Origin: an uncultured Candidatus Saccharibacteria bacterium
GTDB lineage: Bacteria; Patescibacteriota; Minisyncoccia; UBA6257; JACRHY01
Assembly (NCBI GenBank): GCA_964360035.1
Contig: CAYHUJ010000002.1
Span: forward strand, 1 to 50,314
Direction of reading: 5' to 3'
Length of the DNA: 50,314 nucleotides
In this document: one piece after another, positions 48,646 to 50,314 of the stretch
Layout of the letters: every line of letters starts with the position of its first letter
Position numbering within the stretch: the stretch's first letter is position 1
Position numbers and translations under genes: made by a program
The notes under the pieces: model-generated
The model's input: the letters and a program-made list of their open reading frames with translations, nothing else
Told to the model about the DNA's origin: nothing
Databases searched by the model: none

Positions 48646-48674
48646 TTGCGCGGTTTTGACGGCGGGTATATTAT
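48646..48674 (+). promoter_or_regulatory. Candidate promoter TTGCGC-17-TATTAT, 9 nt before ATG 48684
   Basis: The -35 is at 48646-48651 and the -10 at 48669-48674. No SD precedes the DUF167 start. Confidence 0.35.
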
Positions 48675-48683
48675 CTCAAAGTT

Positions 48684-48902
48684 ATGCTTATTAAAGTCAA
48701 CGCGCGCGCCAACGCCAAGAAAAATCAAATCATTGAAGAAAAAGACGGCCTGACCGTCCATGTTACCGCTCCGGCGAAAGAGGGTAAAGCCAATGAGGCG
48801 ATCGCCAAAGCGCTGGCCCGCCACTTCGGCGTTTCCAAGTCGGCGGTTTTCGTCGCCAAAGGCGCCAAAAGCAAGTCGAAACTTTTCAAAGTGATGATTT
48901 AG
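48684..48902 (+). CDS. DUF167 (YggU/UPF0235) family protein
   Basis: LTVHVTAPAKEGKANEAIAKALARHFGVSKSAVFVAKGAKSKSK matches the YggU pattern (V.A.P..G.AN..L...L...F.V.KS.V.I..G..S..K). Confidence 0.75.
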   Translation: MLIKVNARANAKKNQIIEEKDGLTVHVTAPAKEGKANEAIAKALARHFGVSKSAVFVAKGAKSKSKLFKVMI

Positions 48903-48932
48903 CGGTGTTTTGATTTTAAGCAATAAAATAAA

Positions 48933-49931
48933 ATGAACTTGTCCATCGGCATCGTCGGCCTGCCCAACGTCGGCAAATCAACCCTTTTTAAGGCGCTGAC
49001 CAAGCAAAGCGTCAATATCGCCAATTATCCTTTCGCCACCATTGACCCGAACATCGGCGTCGTGCCCGTTCCGGACGAGCGCCTGAAAAAACTGGCGGCG
49101 ATGAGTAAGTCAAAAAAAACCGTTCCGGCGGTGGTGGAGTTTTACGATATCGCGGGACTGGTGAAAGGCGCCAGCAAAGGAGAAGGACTGGGAAATCAGT
49201 TTCTTTCCCACATCCGTGAAGTCAGCGCCGTCGTTGAAGTTTTGCGCTGTTTCAAGAGCGAGGAAATCATTCACGTGGAAAACACCGTCAATCCCGCGCG
49301 CGATTTGGAAATAATCAACGCCGAACTGATTCTCAAAGATTTGGAAACGGTGGATCGGCGGCTGGAAAAAGCGGAGGCGGAAGCGCGAACCGGGAAAAAG
49401 GAAGCCGTTGAAGAAGTAAAGTCGCTCAAGGCCGTCCGCGACGTTCTGGACAACGGCGAATTGGCCGGAAAATTTTCCACCGATCCCTTCGTCAAGAATC
49501 TCCAGCTTTTGACCGCCAAACCGCAGATTTATCTTTTAAACGGCAAGGCGGACGACGTTTCGGAAGAACTGAAGGAGAAAATCAAAGCGCTGGAAGCTTC
49601 TTTCGTCGTCGTTGATTTAAGCGGGGAAGACGCGGATTTGAGCGGGTTGATAGCGGAGGCGTATCGGATTCTGGATTTAATAAGTTTTTTGACGACCGGT
49701 GAGGAAGAAACGCGGGCCTGGACGATAAAAAGAGGCGCCAAAGCGCCGGAAGCCGCCGGAGCGATACATTCCGATTTTGAAAAAAAGTTCATCCGCGCCG
49801 AAGTTATCGGCTGGGAAAAACTGCTGGAAGCCGGAAGCTGGAACGGCGCCAAGCAAAAGGGCTGGCTGCGCCTGGAGGGTAAGGACTATGTCGTTAATGA
49901 CGGCGACGTTATGGTAATCCGTCACGGCTAG
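48933..49931 (+). CDS. ychF: Ribosome-binding (redox-regulated) ATPase YchF
   Basis: The P-loop is GIVGLPNVGKSTLFKALT, followed by NYPFATIDPNIGVV. The C-terminal TGS-like segment is AWTIKRGAKAPEAAGAIHSDFEKKFIRAEV. Confidence 0.95.
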   Translation: MNLSIGIVGLPNVGKSTLFKALTKQSVNIANYPFATIDPNIGVVPVPDERLKKLAAMSKSKKTVPAVVEFYDIAGLVKGASKGEGLGNQFLSHIREVSAVVEVLRCFKSEEIIHVENTVNPARDLEIINAELILKDLETVDRRLEKAEAEARTGKKEAVEEVKSLKAVRDVLDNGELAGKFSTDPFVKNLQLLTAKPQIYLLNGKADDVSEELKEKIKALEASFVVVDLSGEDADLSGLIAEAYRILDLISFLTTGEEETRAWTIKRGAKAPEAAGAIHSDFEKKFIRAEVIGWEKLLEAGSWNGAKQKGWLRLEGKDYVVNDGDVMVIRHG

Positions 49932-49932
49932 C

Positions 49933-49965
49933 CGCCGGCAACGGACGGACAGCCGGCGATTTTTT
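49933..49965 (+). terminator. Rho-independent terminator after ychF
   Basis: CGCCGGC (49933-49939) pairs with GCCGGCG (49952-49958) around a 12-nt loop. aTTTTTT follows (49959-49965). Confidence 0.7.
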
Positions 49966-49969
49966 GAAT

Positions 49970-49997
49970 TTGACAAAATAAGCCGGAGTTGTTATGA
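49970..49997 (+). promoter_or_regulatory. Candidate promoter TTGACA-16-TATGAT for the lipoprotein gene (leadered, with SD)
   Basis: The -35 is at 49970-49975 and the -10 at 49992-49997. A ~55-nt leader ends in GGAGGTG, 8 nt before ATG 50053. Confidence 0.45.
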
Positions 49998-50052
49998 TTT
50001 CCCGAGCGATTTAAAGGGCCAACCAAAAACCAAAAGGAAGGAGGTGATAGAA

Positions 50053-50307
50053 ATGAAGAAAGCGACATTGATCGCTTTCACGCTGACGGCGGCAATCGCC
50101 GTCAGCGGATGCGGTCGGAGTTGTCCGACCGACCCGGAGCCGGAACCTCCGAAGAAGGAGGAGAAGGCGCCGGAAAAGAAGGGGGGTGGCGGCGAGGGAT
50201 CGTCGCAGCCCTCCGGCGGTTCCGGGGGCGGCTCCGGCGGCGGAGGAGGCAGTTCGCCGCCGCCCAGCGGCGGAGGCGGCGGACCGGCGCCCCCGCCGGC
50301 CAATTAG
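50053..50307 (+). CDS. Lipoprotein with a Gly/Ser/Pro-rich low-complexity mature region
   Basis: MKKATLIAFTLTAAIAVSGC is a signal peptide with a lipobox (VSG|C). The rest is PEPEPPKKEEK...GGSGGGSGGGGGSSPPPSGGGGGPAPPPAN. I chose the start at ATG 50053 because the track's GTG at 50044 lies inside the SD. Confidence 0.7.
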   Translation: MKKATLIAFTLTAAIAVSGCGRSCPTDPEPEPPKKEEKAPEKKGGGGEGSSQPSGGSGGGSGGGGGSSPPPSGGGGGPAPPPAN

Positions 50308-50314
50308 TTCTTTG

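Noticed and set aside
49992-50303. 103-aa minus-strand Pro/Gly-rich ORF
   Set aside because: It is antisense to the lipoprotein gene. The plus-strand frame has a GGAGGTG SD, a signal peptide and a lipobox, while the minus frame has none of these.

Overview
The window is a tightly packed, almost entirely plus-strand chromosomal segment. Most genes are housekeeping: dnaG-rpoD, alaS, a CDF transporter, infA-rpmJ-rpsM-rpsK-rpsD-rpoA-rplQ-rplM-rpsI, two mreB paralogs, holB-like, frr, rseP, proS, mrdA, greA, lysS, serS, alr, an ftsQ-like gene and ychF. Several of these proteins are domain-minimised: rpoA has no alpha-CTD, AlaRS has no C-Ala domain, ProRS has no INS domain and L13 is short. Together with cohesin/dockerin, PEGA and GT39 surface genes, this fits a reduced-genome, Patescibacteria/CPR-like bacterium. 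That placement is an inference, because no rRNA or marker phylogeny is available here. The standard genetic code is in use, since TGA ends well-supported genes. I recognised no rRNA, tRNA, CRISPR array, transposase or integrase. The non-routine content is as follows. (1) An AT-rich decayed island lies at the left edge (XRE HTH, Bro-N/DinD-like, frameshifted methyltransferase, exchanger remnant, twin palindromes). (2) A co-directional block of about 9.5 kb at 3119-12666 links a sensor kinase and three receiver copies to an adjacent dockerin protein / cohesin anchor pair. One receiver is a stub, and one is fused to about 640 aa of periodic E/R/K/A repeat. This block is my best candidate for an undescribed system. 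(3) A five-gene uncharacterised cluster at 18913-24932 encodes an 862-aa charged protein, two mini coiled-coil paralogs, a degenerate actin-fold-like protein and a bitopic membrane protein. It sits behind a near-consensus promoter. (4) A ~166-nt imperfect hairpin lies between mreB and holB. (5) Two intergenic sites share the motif TTACGAG-N7-CTCGTAA. (6) Sigma70-like -35/-10 pairs recur 6-10 nt upstream of start codons, which suggests leaderless mRNAs. All functional calls come from motif recognition by eye; no database search was run.
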